A program made the translations under genes and the position numbers. The notes under the pieces are model-generated. The model made no database searches. It was not told the DNA's origin and saw only the letters and a list, made by a program, of their open reading frames with translations. Shown here piece after piece: positions 27,758-38,055 of a DNA stretch of 64,000 nt (position 1 is the first letter of the stretch; each line of letters starts with the position of its first letter). This DNA comes from an uncultured virus (IMG/VR IMGVR_UViG_2711768134_000006) (lineage: Duplodnaviria; Heunggongvirae; Uroviricota; Caudoviricetes): IMG/VR virus record IMGVR_UViG_2711768134_000006. One strand, written 5' to 3'.

Positions 27758-28252
27758 TTATTTATTAGTATTTATTTTATTTAAATATGCTATTCCAAGA
27801 GCTATAGCATCATATATATCACTACTCTTCGCTTTACAAGTCCTGTCAATATATTCTCCAATATCAATAATATTTTCTCTTACATAAACAGCCACTTCTT
27901 CTTTTTTAGCCTTACCACTATTCATAAGATATTTTCTAATAGATACTGGATACATATATTCAATCTCTATATTATTTAATTTTACAGTCCTCATTATTGC
28001 CCCTAAGAGTTTTCTTAAACTAAGAATTGTTTTAGAATTTCTTGAAGTGAATTGGTCTTCAACTAAGACTATTTGAATATTATGAGTTGTAATTATCTCT
28101 TGAATTGTATTACAGATATAGCACATTCTCTCATCTTCAGACTTGAATTTATCTTTTTTAGTTACTATTTTTCCATATTTTAATACCTTTTTATTTCTAT
28201 TTATAACTGCCCATCCAGTTGAGGACATGGATATATCTAGGGCTAATACCAT
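27758..28252 (-). CDS. ruvC: RuvC-like Holliday junction resolvase
   Basis: LALDIS..STGWAV, VED, AKKEEV and DIYDAIALG motifs. Confidence 0.85.
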   Translation of the reverse strand: MVLALDISMSSTGWAVINRNKKVLKYGKIVTKKDKFKSEDERMCYICNTIQEIITTHNIQIVLVEDQFTSRNSKTILSLRKLLGAIMRTVKLNNIEIEYMYPVSIRKYLMNSGKAKKEEVAVYVRENIIDIGEYIDRTCKAKSSDIYDAIALGIAYLNKINTNK

Positions 28253-28815
28253 TCAATCCCTTCTTTCATATGTATTTTGACTTGCTCCACTGCATTAATT
28301 AGATTAGTGTTGTTTGGTATTGCAATATAACTTTCATTATTTAGAAAATCATTAAATTTAAGTTTATCATCTGCTAATCTTCTCTCTATTTCTTTAGCAT
28401 TATCACCCCTATTAATAAGTCTTTTTCTTAATATATTCTCATCTGTATTTATAAAAAATGGTATTAACTTAGTTTTTGTTCCCATAAAATATTTTTCTAA
28501 CGCCTTATATCCACATGCATCTACTATAGTCAAAGCATATTTTTTATTTTCTAATTCAGATTTATGTATACCATATAGCCAAGTGCTGCCATCATGAACT
28601 ATATATTTTCTCATTTCAATAAAATTATTTTTTTCTTTCTTAAAAAATTTATTATCTACAAAATGATATGTTTTATTGATGATTTCTGATTGGCCACGAG
28701 GAGGTCTTGTTGTATGTGATATTAGAATTGGAATATTGAATTGCTTTGAAATTTCTGTTACTATGCTATCTTTACCTGAACCTGAATATCCTAAAAATAC
28801 AAATATTTTATTCAT
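28243..28815 (-). CDS. gmk: Guanylate kinase-like nucleoside monophosphate kinase
   Basis: GYSGSGKD P-loop, SHTTRPPR, YHFV and RL..RGD motifs. Confidence 0.85.
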   Translation of the reverse strand: MNKIFVFLGYSGSGKDSIVTEISKQFNIPILISHTTRPPRGQSEIINKTYHFVDNKFFKKEKNNFIEMRKYIVHDGSTWLYGIHKSELENKKYALTIVDACGYKALEKYFMGTKTKLIPFFINTDENILRKRLINRGDNAKEIERRLADDKLKFNDFLNNESYIAIPNNTNLINAVEQVKIHMKEGIEWY

Positions 28816-28829
28816 TATATTCCTCCCAC

Positions 28830-29192
28830 TTAACCAAATTTTGGATTATATCCTGCGGGGTCGAAAATCCTTTCATTTTCTTTTTTTTCATTTGTTTCAA
28901 ACATATAAGGATTATCTATAATTACTTGATGAAGCCCTTTAGCTAATACATCCACTAAATATTCCTCATCTTCACTCTCTATGCATCTATCTCTAAATAT
29001 ACAATGAAATAGCTCATGTAAAAATGTAGCTTCTTTTACTCTTTGTGATTGTAAATTATTAGATAATTTTATTGTTTCAGTTCCATAATCAGCTAATCCA
29101 TAACATAATTGATTATTTACTAGAATAGGTTCTTCTGTCTCTTCTATTTTATAGAATAAACCTCCTACTTTTACTTGCTTTGGTATATTCAT
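28830..29192 (-). CDS. Small HExxH zinc-metallopeptidase-like (ImmA/IrrE-like) protein
   Basis: FLHELFH plus downstream EE. Confidence 0.6.
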   Translation of the reverse strand: MNIPKQVKVGGLFYKIEETEEPILVNNQLCYGLADYGTETIKLSNNLQSQRVKEATFLHELFHCIFRDRCIESEDEEYLVDVLAKGLHQVIIDNPYMFETNEKKENERIFDPAGYNPKFG

Positions 29193-29212
29193 TTAAACAC
29201 TCTCCAATCTTA

Positions 29213-29230
29213 TTAAAATTCAAATTTTAT
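29213..29230. repeat. Junction site TTAAAA-TTCAAA-TTTTAT
   Basis: Contains the stop codon (29227-29229) of the methyltransferase gene. Confidence 0.65.
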
Positions 29231-30036
29231 TGTGATTTTGATTTTCTAAAACTCTTGTTTTCCTTGTGTTTACAACCTTCCATTATTAAACTTTCTGTAT
29301 TTCTCATCCTTTTTACCCCCTTATTAAAACTTTCTTCGTTTAATTCTATTCCAATAAACCTTCTATTTGTTTCTAATGCTGCTACTCCTGTTGAAATTAC
29401 ACCAGCAGTAAAATCTAAAATTACATCTCCCTCATTTGAATATGTCATTATTAAATCTTTTAAAAGTGGTACAGGTTTTTCGGTTGGATGTATTGGTGGG
29501 TGAGGTCTAGAATATTTTAGGATTTGTTTAGGATATTTTAAGTTCCCTTCTCTCTCAACTCTTGCAAAATTGCCATAATTGTTATTGTTTTTACATTTAC
29601 TTTCTCCATTAACCTTACCTATACTGTGACTAGGCTTTCCAACTATCATTTGTGGGTTATATACTGGTGGTTTTTCATAAAATATTGCTATCTCTTCAAC
29701 ATTTTTTAAAGGCATTCTTTTAGCATTTAAAAAACCACTTGGTCTGTCTTTTTCCCAATATTTCATTATTTTGAAGTGCTTATCATTACTGCATATTAAT
29801 TTAGATGTAAATGGTTGATTGGTAAATAGTATAATTGGAGTATTTTTATTCCTTCTTAATTTATATAATCTATCCCACATAGCATTAAATGCTAAAGGTT
29901 TATCCCAATTATTTTTAGTTATCCCCTGTGGTATATCAGCAATTATTGCATCTACTTTTACATTTTTTTCAATTAATGTATCCATTATTTTTAAACATTC
30001 ATCATTGTATAACTCATATCTGGTTGTTTTAAGCAA
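29227..30036 (-). CDS. Beta-class N4/N6 DNA methyltransferase-like protein with divergent motifs
   Basis: HPTEKP, ILDFTAG and FIGIEL present; catalytic motif reads DIPQ rather than DPPY/DLPY. Confidence 0.8.
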   Translation of the reverse strand: MLKTTRYELYNDECLKIMDTLIEKNVKVDAIIADIPQGITKNNWDKPLAFNAMWDRLYKLRRNKNTPIILFTNQPFTSKLICSNDKHFKIMKYWEKDRPSGFLNAKRMPLKNVEEIAIFYEKPPVYNPQMIVGKPSHSIGKVNGESKCKNNNNYGNFARVEREGNLKYPKQILKYSRPHPPIHPTEKPVPLLKDLIMTYSNEGDVILDFTAGVISTGVAALETNRRFIGIELNEESFNKGVKRMRNTESLIMEGCKHKENKSFRKSKSQ

Positions 30037-30230
30037 GTTATCACCTCTTATAAACTTTTTAAATTAGGACTGACTCATATCTTACAATTTACCCTGTAAT
30101 GAGAACATAGAGTTTTACAAAAAAAACTGATTACTTTTGTCATCACTTTTGCACCAAACACTCTCATCATTGAAATTTAGCTGTTTTATTTGAGTAACTG
30201 TATCAACAACAAAATCAATTAATTGTTTCT

Positions 30231-30524
30231 CTAGTTCTTTAGTATATTTAATTTACTAAAACTATATAATTTTTTCATTGTATCATTCAGTCTCTCTATA
30301 AGTTTTTCTATCATATCAAATCCAGCTAACATCATAGAAAAGAATATTCCTATAGATGTTATAATATCTAATATATATTCAATTATACATGACGGGCTAG
30401 AATAAAAGCCTACATCTGTATTTCTTCCAAAATATAAACTATATCCCAAATTAAAAATTAAGAAAAATATCATCAAGTATAATGCTCTGTATTTACTATT
30501 AATTATTTTTTTCATTTTCATCAC
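30231..30524 (-). CDS. Hypothetical membrane protein
   Basis: Two hydrophobic segments; co-directional with neighbours. Confidence 0.55.
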   Translation of the reverse strand: MMKMKKIINSKYRALYLMIFFLIFNLGYSLYFGRNTDVGFYSSPSCIIEYILDIITSIGIFFSMMLAGFDMIEKLIERLNDTMKKLYSFSKLNILKN

Positions 30525-30753
30525 TCACCTTTTTTATATCTATTAAATCCCACGCATAGATTGTTTTTTCTGCTGCACTATATTTTTCACTTGTATCTAG
30601 TTGTATAAATTGCTCATCTACATTTTTTAATCTTCCCTTACAAAATTGTTCTTTTATATCTTCTATAGTTTTATATTTTACATTTATAATATCTCCTGTA
30701 TATAAAACTAAACCATTTTTTAACTGCATTTCTTGTCTGACGTTTTGTATCAT
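30499..30753 (-). CDS. Hypothetical protein
   Basis: AGGAGG RBS; co-directional ORF. Confidence 0.65.
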   Translation of the reverse strand: MIQNVRQEMQLKNGLVLYTGDIINVKYKTIEDIKEQFCKGRLKNVDEQFIQLDTSEKYSAAEKTIYAWDLIDIKKVSDENEKNN

Positions 30754-30762
30754 ATATACCTC

Positions 30763-31419
30763 CTAAATATAAAACTCTTTCATATCATCTAATCTTAAAC
30801 AAGCTAATTTACCATTATCAAAACATGCTCCACAGTCTATATCTATAATTCCTTTTTGTTTATATATTTCAGCCTTTTCATAATCTTTAATGTTTTGAGT
30901 TGGTGTATGACCAATAATAATTGTGTATCCTTTTATATGTTTATTAGTATTTAATATTGTTCTATCCCACACACAAATATCTTCTTCTTGTAACTCAATT
31001 ATTTGCTCTATACTGAGATTCTCATAGTTATTTGGAAGGTATAGTCCAGCATGGACTAGTATAAAATTATCTATTATCTCTAAATATGGAAGGTTCTTAA
31101 TATATTTATAAAAATTTTCTTTATATTCATAAGACTTCATTCCTAAATCATAAAATGTATCTTTACCTCCATTATAAAACCAAAGAAAACTACTATTTAC
31201 ATCTGTATAACTTTCTTGAAACATTAACTCATGATTACCTTTTAGAAGAGTTATATTCTTATACTTTCTTATATAATCTATAATCTCTAAAGACTTATCC
31301 CCTCTATCTAATACATCTCCTAAAATATACAAATGGTCATTTGAATTGAAATTGATTTGCTCTAACATTGAAATAAATTTATCATACATACCATGTAAGT
31401 CACTCATTACATATTTAAT
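30763..31419 (-). CDS. Metallophosphoesterase (lambda NinI/PPP-type Ser/Thr phosphatase)
   Basis: SDLHG, GDVLDRG, GNHE, VHAG, GHT and IDCG motifs; start probably ATT at 31419. Confidence 0.9.
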   Translation of the reverse strand: MKYVMSDLHGMYDKFISMLEQINFNSNDHLYILGDVLDRGDKSLEIIDYIRKYKNITLLKGNHELMFQESYTDVNSSFLWFYNGGKDTFYDLGMKSYEYKENFYKYIKNLPYLEIIDNFILVHAGLYLPNNYENLSIEQIIELQEEDICVWDRTILNTNKHIKGYTIIIGHTPTQNIKDYEKAEIYKQKGIIDIDCGACFDNGKLACLRLDDMKEFYI

Positions 31420-31434
31420 AATTACCACCTCCTA

Positions 31435-31452
31435 TTAAAACTAACTTTTTAA
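31435..31452. repeat. Junction site TTAAAA-CTAACT-TTTTAA
   Basis: Lies between the stop of the 31457 ORF and the GGAGG of the phosphatase gene. Confidence 0.65.
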
Positions 31453-31456
31453 TGTG

Positions 31457-31651
31457 TTATTTATTCTGTTTAGAATATATTTCATTTAAATCACAAAGCA
31501 TACTTAGAACCCTAGAAGAAGCATAAATTTCTTTTTCCAAACATATTTTTGTTTCTTCATTTATTCGGATATTATTATTTATTCTATTTAAACTTTGTAT
31601 AAATTTAATTTCTGAATCTTCCATAACTTCTAATTCCTTTTTAAACTCCAT
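31457..31651 (-). CDS. Hypothetical protein
   Basis: ATG at 31651 follows the stop of the upstream small ORF. Confidence 0.55.
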   Translation of the reverse strand: MEFKKELEVMEDSEIKFIQSLNRINNNIRINEETKICLEKEIYASSRVLSMLCDLNEIYSKQNK

Positions 31652-31652
31652 A

Positions 31653-31805
31653 TTATTTTTTCTCTTTTTTAATTTTATCAATAATGTCTTTTATTTCGTC
31701 TATTATTTTAGGAATCATACTAATTGAAACAAGCAAACATGAAAGAAATATAGTTACCATTAATATAGCAATAAATATTATTATTAATAATTCAAATACT
31801 ATCAT
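31653..31805 (-). CDS. Small membrane protein (50 aa, MIVFELLIIIFIAILMV...)
   Basis: Hand-translated; ATGA overlap with the upstream gene. Confidence 0.55.
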   Translation of the reverse strand: MIVFELLIIIFIAILMVTIFLSCLLVSISMIPKIIDEIKDIIDKIKKEKK

Positions 31806-32608
31806 CTACAGCCTTCTTTCATAAGCAAATATATTATCATATCTTTAGATAAATTTTCTTTTGAATATGCAATTGCCTTGTCAAGTATATTCATAGTTCT
31901 ATGTGGATTTATTAAAGGATGATATTCATCAAATAAAACCTGTGAAAAAATATCTGAATAACCAATTTCTTTCATTTTATTTATAAATATTTTATTGTAA
32001 TATTTATAAATACCTAATTTTTTGATAAGATTCCATTCCAGTTCATTGTTTATTTTAGGAAACTTGTCTTGGATATCTTGTTTTAATTCTTCAAAAGTTA
32101 ATTCTCTAAAAAGTATTATTTCTTTAGCACCTATGCTACATTTTGCTCCTGGACGTATTGATGAAAAAGATTGTTCCATCTCATACTTATATTTATCCTC
32201 TCTTCTAACTAAGGCTTTTACTTTGAAAAATCTATTACTTAAATTTAAATTATAACATCTGAAAACATCTTTTAAATCTAAACACAAATGGAATCCATAG
32301 TCATATATATTTATATTTCCTCTATGTATTTCTTCAACACTATAAGTTTTATTTAGTTCATACTGAAAGTTTCTACATTTCATATCTGTATCTGTACCCT
32401 TATATCCTTCAATCCAAATCCATTCTTCACTATTTTTTTTCATTTCTGAGTCTATTTTTATTTTTTCCATTTCTAATAGCTTTCTTTTCATTTCTTTATC
32501 ATATTGTATATTATCCATATCGAAGTTTGGTTGTTTGGGAGGAGGAGAAGGAGGTTCTGCCTCTGTTATTTTTACATTTCTACCATATTTTTTATTGAAG
32601 ATATTCAA
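31802..32608 (-). CDS. Hypothetical phage protein
   Basis: GYKGTD..MKCR.FQYE..GFH.C domain common in Firmicutes phages. Confidence 0.65.
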   Translation of the reverse strand: MNIFNKKYGRNVKITEAEPPSPPPKQPNFDMDNIQYDKEMKRKLLEMEKIKIDSEMKKNSEEWIWIEGYKGTDTDMKCRNFQYELNKTYSVEEIHRGNINIYDYGFHLCLDLKDVFRCYNLNLSNRFFKVKALVRREDKYKYEMEQSFSSIRPGAKCSIGAKEIILFRELTFEELKQDIQDKFPKINNELEWNLIKKLGIYKYYNKIFINKMKEIGYSDIFSQVLFDEYHPLINPHRTMNILDKAIAYSKENLSKDMIIYLLMKEGCR

Positions 32609-32625
32609 TATAATATCACCTCGCT

Positions 32626-33174
32626 TTATTGTTTAGAAGCTATTTTAATTTTATATCCTAATTCATCTTCTATTTCTTCTTTAGTCATTGATTTAAGCTT
32701 ATCTTCTGACCTAATATATAAATTAGTGAAATTAATCAATTGATTTACTCTTCTTCCCCAATCTATTATTTCTCCAAATTCTATTATTACATCTTTCATG
32801 AAATTATCATCCAAATCACTAAAATTGAAATCTTTATTATGTAAAAAACATATTGAATCACAAGATGCTATCTTATCTTTAAATTCTTGAAAATTTTTAC
32901 AATTTATTTCTGCAATATTATCTTTAGATAAATCATCTTTTAAAAATTTCAATTGAATAAATTCATTTTCTAGCTCATCTTCAGTTGGCACACGAATGAA
33001 ACAATACCCTATTGTAGTCCCACCTCTCATTTTATAAAATTGACTTATATATTCTCCAGTACCTACTGTATAAAATTCTCCTTTTTTATAACATTCAATA
33101 TCTTTTATACAATATATCGTATCTCCACCATGTATATCTTTTATTAATAAATTCAACATAAATTTTACCTCCAA
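32626..33174 (-). CDS. Hypothetical protein
   Basis: C-terminal MT.EEIE..LGYKIKI motif. Confidence 0.65.
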   Translation of the reverse strand: MEVKFMLNLLIKDIHGGDTIYCIKDIECYKKGEFYTVGTGEYISQFYKMRGGTTIGYCFIRVPTEDELENEFIQLKFLKDDLSKDNIAEINCKNFQEFKDKIASCDSICFLHNKDFNFSDLDDNFMKDVIIEFGEIIDWGRRVNQLINFTNLYIRSEDKLKSMTKEEIEDELGYKIKIASKQ

Positions 33175-33180
33175 TTCATA

Positions 33181-33198
33181 TTAAAACACATATTTTAT
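33181..33198. repeat. Junction site TTAAAA-CACATA-TTTTAT
   Basis: Contains the stop codon (33195-33197) of the upstream gene. Confidence 0.65.
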
Positions 33199-33440
33199 TT
33201 TATAAATTCTTCCCATAAATAAGAATTATTAGAATCAATATTATATTCTGGGTCTATTTTATCTGCTTTAATATTTTCAACTAACCATTTAATACCTTCT
33301 TCTTCCGAAAAAAATACTATTTTCTCCCCATCTTCATCATATTTAAATCTTTCTGAAGAATACTCATAATAATCATCTGGATATATTGTAAGTAATTTTA
33401 CTTTATTTTCATAGCTTATAAAAGGGTAATATGTAGGCAT
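33195..33440 (-). CDS. Hypothetical protein
   Basis: AGGAGAG RBS. Confidence 0.6.
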   Translation of the reverse strand: MPTYYPFISYENKVKLLTIYPDDYYEYSSERFKYDEDGEKIVFFSEEEGIKWLVENIKADKIDPEYNIDSNNSYLWEEFIK

Positions 33441-33452
33441 AGTCTCTCTCCT

Positions 33453-33584
33453 TTATCTTTTTTTATATTTTTTCCACGCTTTAAATCTAATTTCAGATTT
33501 AAAATTTATAATATCATATTCTAATATTTTTCTTCTTCTCTGCTGCTCTTTAAGAAATTTAGTAATAAATTCTTCTTTGGTCAT
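33453..33584 (-). CDS. Small basic protein (43 aa, MTKEEFITKFLKE...)
   Basis: Hand-translated; GAGG RBS; fills the gap. Confidence 0.5.
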   Translation of the reverse strand: MTKEEFITKFLKEQQRRRKILEYDIINFKSEIRFKAWKKYKKR

Positions 33585-33596
33585 AACAATCATCCT

Positions 33597-33971
33597 CTAA
33601 ATATATTTTTTTATTTCTAATAAATAATTAAGTATAATTTTTTCTGGAAATGTCTTTGCTGTTATTATATCTATTGATTGTATAATTATAAAAACAGCAG
33701 AAAAGATTATAATCAGTAAGCCAATAGTTGCATATACAGGGATATCATCTTCATCATCTTTCCAATCTATATAAATTAATAAAGCACCAACAATTATTCC
33801 AATTACACATATAATTATCCAAAATATACTTATATCTACCTCATAATTAATATATTTAGTAGTTAATGTTTGCAGATATGGAATTACATTCTTGTTAGAC
33901 CAATCAATAGTCATTCCAAATTTATCACTTAGATTATCTAAAATTTTTATAATTTGTTCACTAAACTCCAT
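33597..33971 (-). CDS. Hypothetical membrane protein
   Basis: Two TM helices; GGAGGTG RBS. Confidence 0.65.
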   Translation of the reverse strand: MEFSEQIIKILDNLSDKFGMTIDWSNKNVIPYLQTLTTKYINYEVDISIFWIIICVIGIIVGALLIYIDWKDDEDDIPVYATIGLLIIIFSAVFIIIQSIDIITAKTFPEKIILNYLLEIKKYI

Positions 33972-34008
33972 TTAACTCACCTCCAAAGAGGGAGTAATCC
34001 CTCTTAAT

Positions 34009-36189
34009 TTAATTACATTTACTCCATCCACAATTAGGACAAGTCATACATCCTTCCATCATTTGAATCTCTAGCCCACACTCAGGGCATTTTGGCTTAA
34101 ATTCTTTAAATTCCTCTATTTTTTCTCCTTGTTTTTCTTTAAGAAAATCTTTTACAGCATTTAAAATAGTAATACCACAATGATTTCCTCTATCTAATAT
34201 ATTTCCTTTTGCTCTACTTGTAGCAAAACTAGGACAAGTATTAACACCCCTTAAAGCTTTTTCTATATTATCTAAAGTTCCTCCAAGTCTAAGCATCCCA
34301 GACATTGCTATTGTTGCAGCTTCAAGAAGTTTTTCACACCCACCTGAACCAGCCTTTTTTACATACAACTCTTGTATATCCTTTTCTTTTTCTGAATAGG
34401 ATATAAATAAAATTAATTTACCACATCCAACATATAGCTCTTTTTTGTATGAAACAGTATCACTTGATATAGGTTTCCAGTCTCCTCTCTTAAGCCCTTG
34501 TGTATTGTTTACAGTATTAGTTGTAAGAACTCCTTCGCGCTTACATCCAGCTCTATATATTGTCAATCCTTTTAATCCATTAACCCATGCCAATGAATAT
34601 AATTCTTCGACCTGTTCAACCGTTGCTTCATTAGGTAAATTTACAGTAGATGAGATACTTGCATCTATATGTTTTTGGAAAGATGACTGCATTAAGATAC
34701 GTTCTCTTGGAGTTAGCATTTCTGCTGTTACAAAATAATCAGGAAGGGCTTTTTCATCTTCAATGTTGTTTTCTCTCATATATTTTTTAACTATAGGTGT
34801 GTAAACTTTATAATATTTCTCTTTATCATGTAAACTTTCAGTTTTTCTAGTGTAAGAAAAGGCGAAGATTGGTTCTATTCCTCCAGATATTCCTAACATA
34901 GTTGATATACTTCCAGTTGGAGCGATTGTTAAAAGTTGTGAATTTCTAAGACCATATTTTTCTATTAATTCCAGTGTTTCATGAGATGCATTTTCTTGAA
35001 TAAATTCTGATTTTAAAATACATTCTTTATATTTTGGATATGTACCATATTTTTTTGATAATAATGCTGATTGTTTTAGTGTTTCATCTGCCAGACATTT
35101 ACCTATCACATTACATAATTCAACAGCCATTTCTGAACCATATCTTACATTCATTTTTATGAGCATATCAGCTATTCCCATAACTCCAATACCTATTTGT
35201 CTGTAATTTCTAACTGTATCTTTTTGGATTTTCAATGGATGCAAAGGTAGACCTTCATCTAAAACATCATTCATTGCTTTTACTACTATTTTTATATCTT
35301 TTCTAAAATCATTATAATTAAAAGTTTTATCTTCTTTAACATATTCGCTTAAGTTAAATGAGCCTAAAAGACAACTACCACCTGCTGGAAGCGGTTCTTC
35401 GGCGCAGGGATTTACACCTGCATATTCAAATTCATCATCCTCACTCAATAAATTATAATTATTTATTTTGTCCCAAAATAAAATTCCTGGTTCTGCATAA
35501 TTCCAATTATTTTCACATAGTTTATTAAATAGTTCTTTAGCGTTTATTTCTTTAACTATAATTTCACCAGTTTCTTCTTTTGTAAAAGAACAATTATACA
35601 TTGGATTTGAATCTATTCCTGTAGCCTTTTGCATAAATTCATCTGTTATTCTTACAGATATATTAGCTTTAGTAATTTTGTTTAAATCTGTTTTAATATC
35701 TATAAATTCTTCAATGTCTGGGTGATTAATATCGAGAGATATCATTAAAGCAGCTCTACGACCACTTTGACCTATTGTTTCAGCAACTAAGGAATATGTA
35801 TCCATAAATGAGACTGCACCTGTTGTAGATTTAGCTGAATTATTGACTTTTGCCCCTCTAGGTCTTAACTTAGATATATCAATTCCTACCCCTCCTCCAT
35901 AACTAAATGTTCTTGCAGTATCACTACATGTTTGGTATATATCTTCAATAGAATCACCAGTTGCTAAAACATAACAGTTTGAATAGGTTATTTTTCTTCC
36001 ATCATTCTGTAATCCTCTATTAGCTAATATCCTTCCTCCAAATAAGAATTTTTTTTCTTGTATCAACTGTTTTACTTCTTTATCTCCATTAGACACTCTA
36101 TTGAGCCATTCATCAAAAGTTTCATTATTATTCCTATATTTATTATTCCATATTGCATTTTGCATTTCATTCATTTCCCAACCTGTCAT
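34009..36189 (-). CDS. nrdJ: Class II (adenosylcobalamin-dependent) ribonucleotide reductase
   Basis: SNC, GGGVG, NPCAEEPL, TIAPTGSIS and KGLTIYR motifs; C-terminal CPECG...CPNCGWSKC; no beta subunit nearby. Confidence 0.9.
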   Translation of the reverse strand: MTGWEMNEMQNAIWNNKYRNNNETFDEWLNRVSNGDKEVKQLIQEKKFLFGGRILANRGLQNDGRKITYSNCYVLATGDSIEDIYQTCSDTARTFSYGGGVGIDISKLRPRGAKVNNSAKSTTGAVSFMDTYSLVAETIGQSGRRAALMISLDINHPDIEEFIDIKTDLNKITKANISVRITDEFMQKATGIDSNPMYNCSFTKEETGEIIVKEINAKELFNKLCENNWNYAEPGILFWDKINNYNLLSEDDEFEYAGVNPCAEEPLPAGGSCLLGSFNLSEYVKEDKTFNYNDFRKDIKIVVKAMNDVLDEGLPLHPLKIQKDTVRNYRQIGIGVMGIADMLIKMNVRYGSEMAVELCNVIGKCLADETLKQSALLSKKYGTYPKYKECILKSEFIQENASHETLELIEKYGLRNSQLLTIAPTGSISTMLGISGGIEPIFAFSYTRKTESLHDKEKYYKVYTPIVKKYMRENNIEDEKALPDYFVTAEMLTPRERILMQSSFQKHIDASISSTVNLPNEATVEQVEELYSLAWVNGLKGLTIYRAGCKREGVLTTNTVNNTQGLKRGDWKPISSDTVSYKKELYVGCGKLILFISYSEKEKDIQELYVKKAGSGGCEKLLEAATIAMSGMLRLGGTLDNIEKALRGVNTCPSFATSRAKGNILDRGNHCGITILNAVKDFLKEKQGEKIEEFKEFKPKCPECGLEIQMMEGCMTCPNCGWSKCN

Positions 36190-36254
36190 TAAATCACTCC
36201 TTTGTATTTTATTTAGTTTATAAAAATTTTATAAATTTAATTAAGTTTAATATA

Positions 36255-36283
36255 AGTATAACACTCAACTGGATAAAATGCAA
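36255..36283 (-). promoter_or_regulatory. nrdJ sigmaA promoter containing the operator-like motif
   Basis: TTGCAT-N17-TATACT on the - strand; CAACTGGATAAAATGCAA overlaps the spacer and -35. Confidence 0.6.
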
Positions 36284-36326
36284 TACTAGATTTTAAAAAT
36301 ATTTTTTATTTTTAAAATCTAGTATT
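36282..36326. terminator. 19-bp stem after the DGQHR gene
   Basis: AATACTAGATTTTAAAAAT/ATTTTTAAAATCTAGTATT. Confidence 0.6.
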
Positions 36327-36330
36327 ATCT

Positions 36331-37470
36331 CTATTGTTTTTGCTGCTGAATTGCAAATTGCTCTAAATATATATCTTTTAAGGTTCTTCTTGTACTTGTA
36401 TTATTAATAATACTTAATCCAGAACTTGTTTCTCTCATAACTCTGCTCCAAATAGAACTGCCTTTATCCATATCTATATACTTAATACATTGCATCTTCT
36501 TTTTCCAATTTGAGTGTCTCCATAAATATAAATTATGCGCAAGACCTAGATATGCATAAAACATGAAATTCTCACAAGTTAATGAGATTTCTTTAGACAT
36601 TTTTCTTCCTTCATAAGACATCATCTCAGGATAAATTTTAACTAATTCTTCAAAAAACTCTTTTAAAAATTTAAAACATTCTTCTTCCATATTTTTGTCT
36701 TCGATATCACTAAAAATATTTTTAAATGCTGTTACAAGTGTATTTAAAGTAACAATATTCATCATATCATTTTTTGCAATAGATGTTTTAACCATATCTA
36801 TTTTATTCTTTAATGCCCCTTTTTCATTTAATTTTATCATAATACGATTTACTGCATCTTGTTTATTAAAAGATTCAATTCTCGACTTAGAAAGAGTTTC
36901 GTGCAAGTTTAATTGCCAGAAATGTTCCATTGCAACTTCCATGTTATGACAAGTTATTAGAACAGGAAATTTAAGAGTTTTTAATATTTTTATTATTCTC
37001 TTTTCATCTTCTCCTCCTATTATTTTGGCATCCTGATATATATTATGTATTGCTTTTGTTCTATGTTGACCATCTTGCATACACATTAAACCTAGTATTA
37101 TTGTTAGTTGCGAAGTATATTCATCATATATTACTTTTCCTTCTTTTCCATTTTCATCAAGTATATTTATTGTTAATTGGTCTGGAAAATATTTTTCTTG
37201 TAATATCTTTTTTTGAATACTTTTGACTCTTGTTTTATTAAAAACTGCTTTATATTTAAATGTTCCATCTGCTTGTTTTTTTGCTAATAGACCACGCTGT
37301 GTTGCAGGATAGTATATTATTTTTTGTTCATCCCATAATTTTGCTATTTCATATGCAGAAATATTTATAGTCCACATTTTTTTATATAAGTGGTCTACTC
37401 CTTGAAATGTGTAGTTCTCAGTAAGTTTATGTTCATTAGGATTATATATATTATCAAATGTTATCGCCAA
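36331..37470 (-). CDS. DGQHR-domain (DndB/ParB-like) protein
   Basis: TQRG and DGQHR motifs; F.QLN. Confidence 0.8.
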   Translation of the reverse strand: MAITFDNIYNPNEHKLTENYTFQGVDHLYKKMWTINISAYEIAKLWDEQKIIYYPATQRGLLAKKQADGTFKYKAVFNKTRVKSIQKKILQEKYFPDQLTINILDENGKEGKVIYDEYTSQLTIILGLMCMQDGQHRTKAIHNIYQDAKIIGGEDEKRIIKILKTLKFPVLITCHNMEVAMEHFWQLNLHETLSKSRIESFNKQDAVNRIMIKLNEKGALKNKIDMVKTSIAKNDMMNIVTLNTLVTAFKNIFSDIEDKNMEEECFKFLKEFFEELVKIYPEMMSYEGRKMSKEISLTCENFMFYAYLGLAHNLYLWRHSNWKKKMQCIKYIDMDKGSSIWSRVMRETSSGLSIINNTSTRRTLKDIYLEQFAIQQQKQ

Positions 37471-37626
37471 TTAAATCTCTCCTTATTTTGTATTTTATTA
37501 TATTATTATTATATACCATTTTCAACTGAATAAAAATAGACTTTAAACAATTTATCTGTTTTTTATTTAGTTTATAATTTACTCTAACATCCTTATTTTA
37601 TACATAATCCTAAGTTTTAAATCTTA

Positions 37627-37644
37627 TTAAAATAGTGATTTTAA
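37627..37644. repeat. Junction site TTAAAA-TAGTGA-TTTTAA
   Basis: Contains the stop codon 37641-37643; shares the flank AATCTTA with the 29213 site. Confidence 0.65.
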
Positions 37645-37943
37645 TTACTTTTTTTCTTCTTAGATTCCTCCTCTGTCTTTTTCTTATTTTTTAAATTTCT
37701 TGCTTCCTCTTCTATTAATTCAATCATAGTATCAATAAAGGTTTTTACAAATATTTTTTTATAATTTTTAAATTCTTTATCAGTCAAATCTAACTCTTGT
37801 TCATCTACGATATTTTGGAATCTATCATTCGCAAATTTTTCTAAATATTTTTTTGAATATGTTATAGTAAAACATGCTTTGAATGATTTAGCATATTCTT
37901 TAGTCCAATCTTTTAAATTATTTAATTCTATTCTTAATCCCAT
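37641..37943 (-). CDS. Hypothetical protein
   Basis: AAGGGG RBS. Confidence 0.6.
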   Translation of the reverse strand: MGLRIELNNLKDWTKEYAKSFKACFTITYSKKYLEKFANDRFQNIVDEQELDLTDKEFKNYKKIFVKTFIDTMIELIEEEARNLKNKKKTEEESKKKKSN

Positions 37944-38055
37944 TTGAATCCCCTTTTATTTATAAAAATTTAATTCCTCTATATTTATATATTTTATCTT
38001 TTTTAGATTTTATTTATTCTTTAAAATCACCACTAGAATTTTATTTATGGCATAT

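Noticed and set aside
36331..37470. Complete DNA phosphorothioation (dnd) system
   Set aside because: Only the DGQHR/DndB-like gene is present; no dndA/C/D/E-like genes are in the window.
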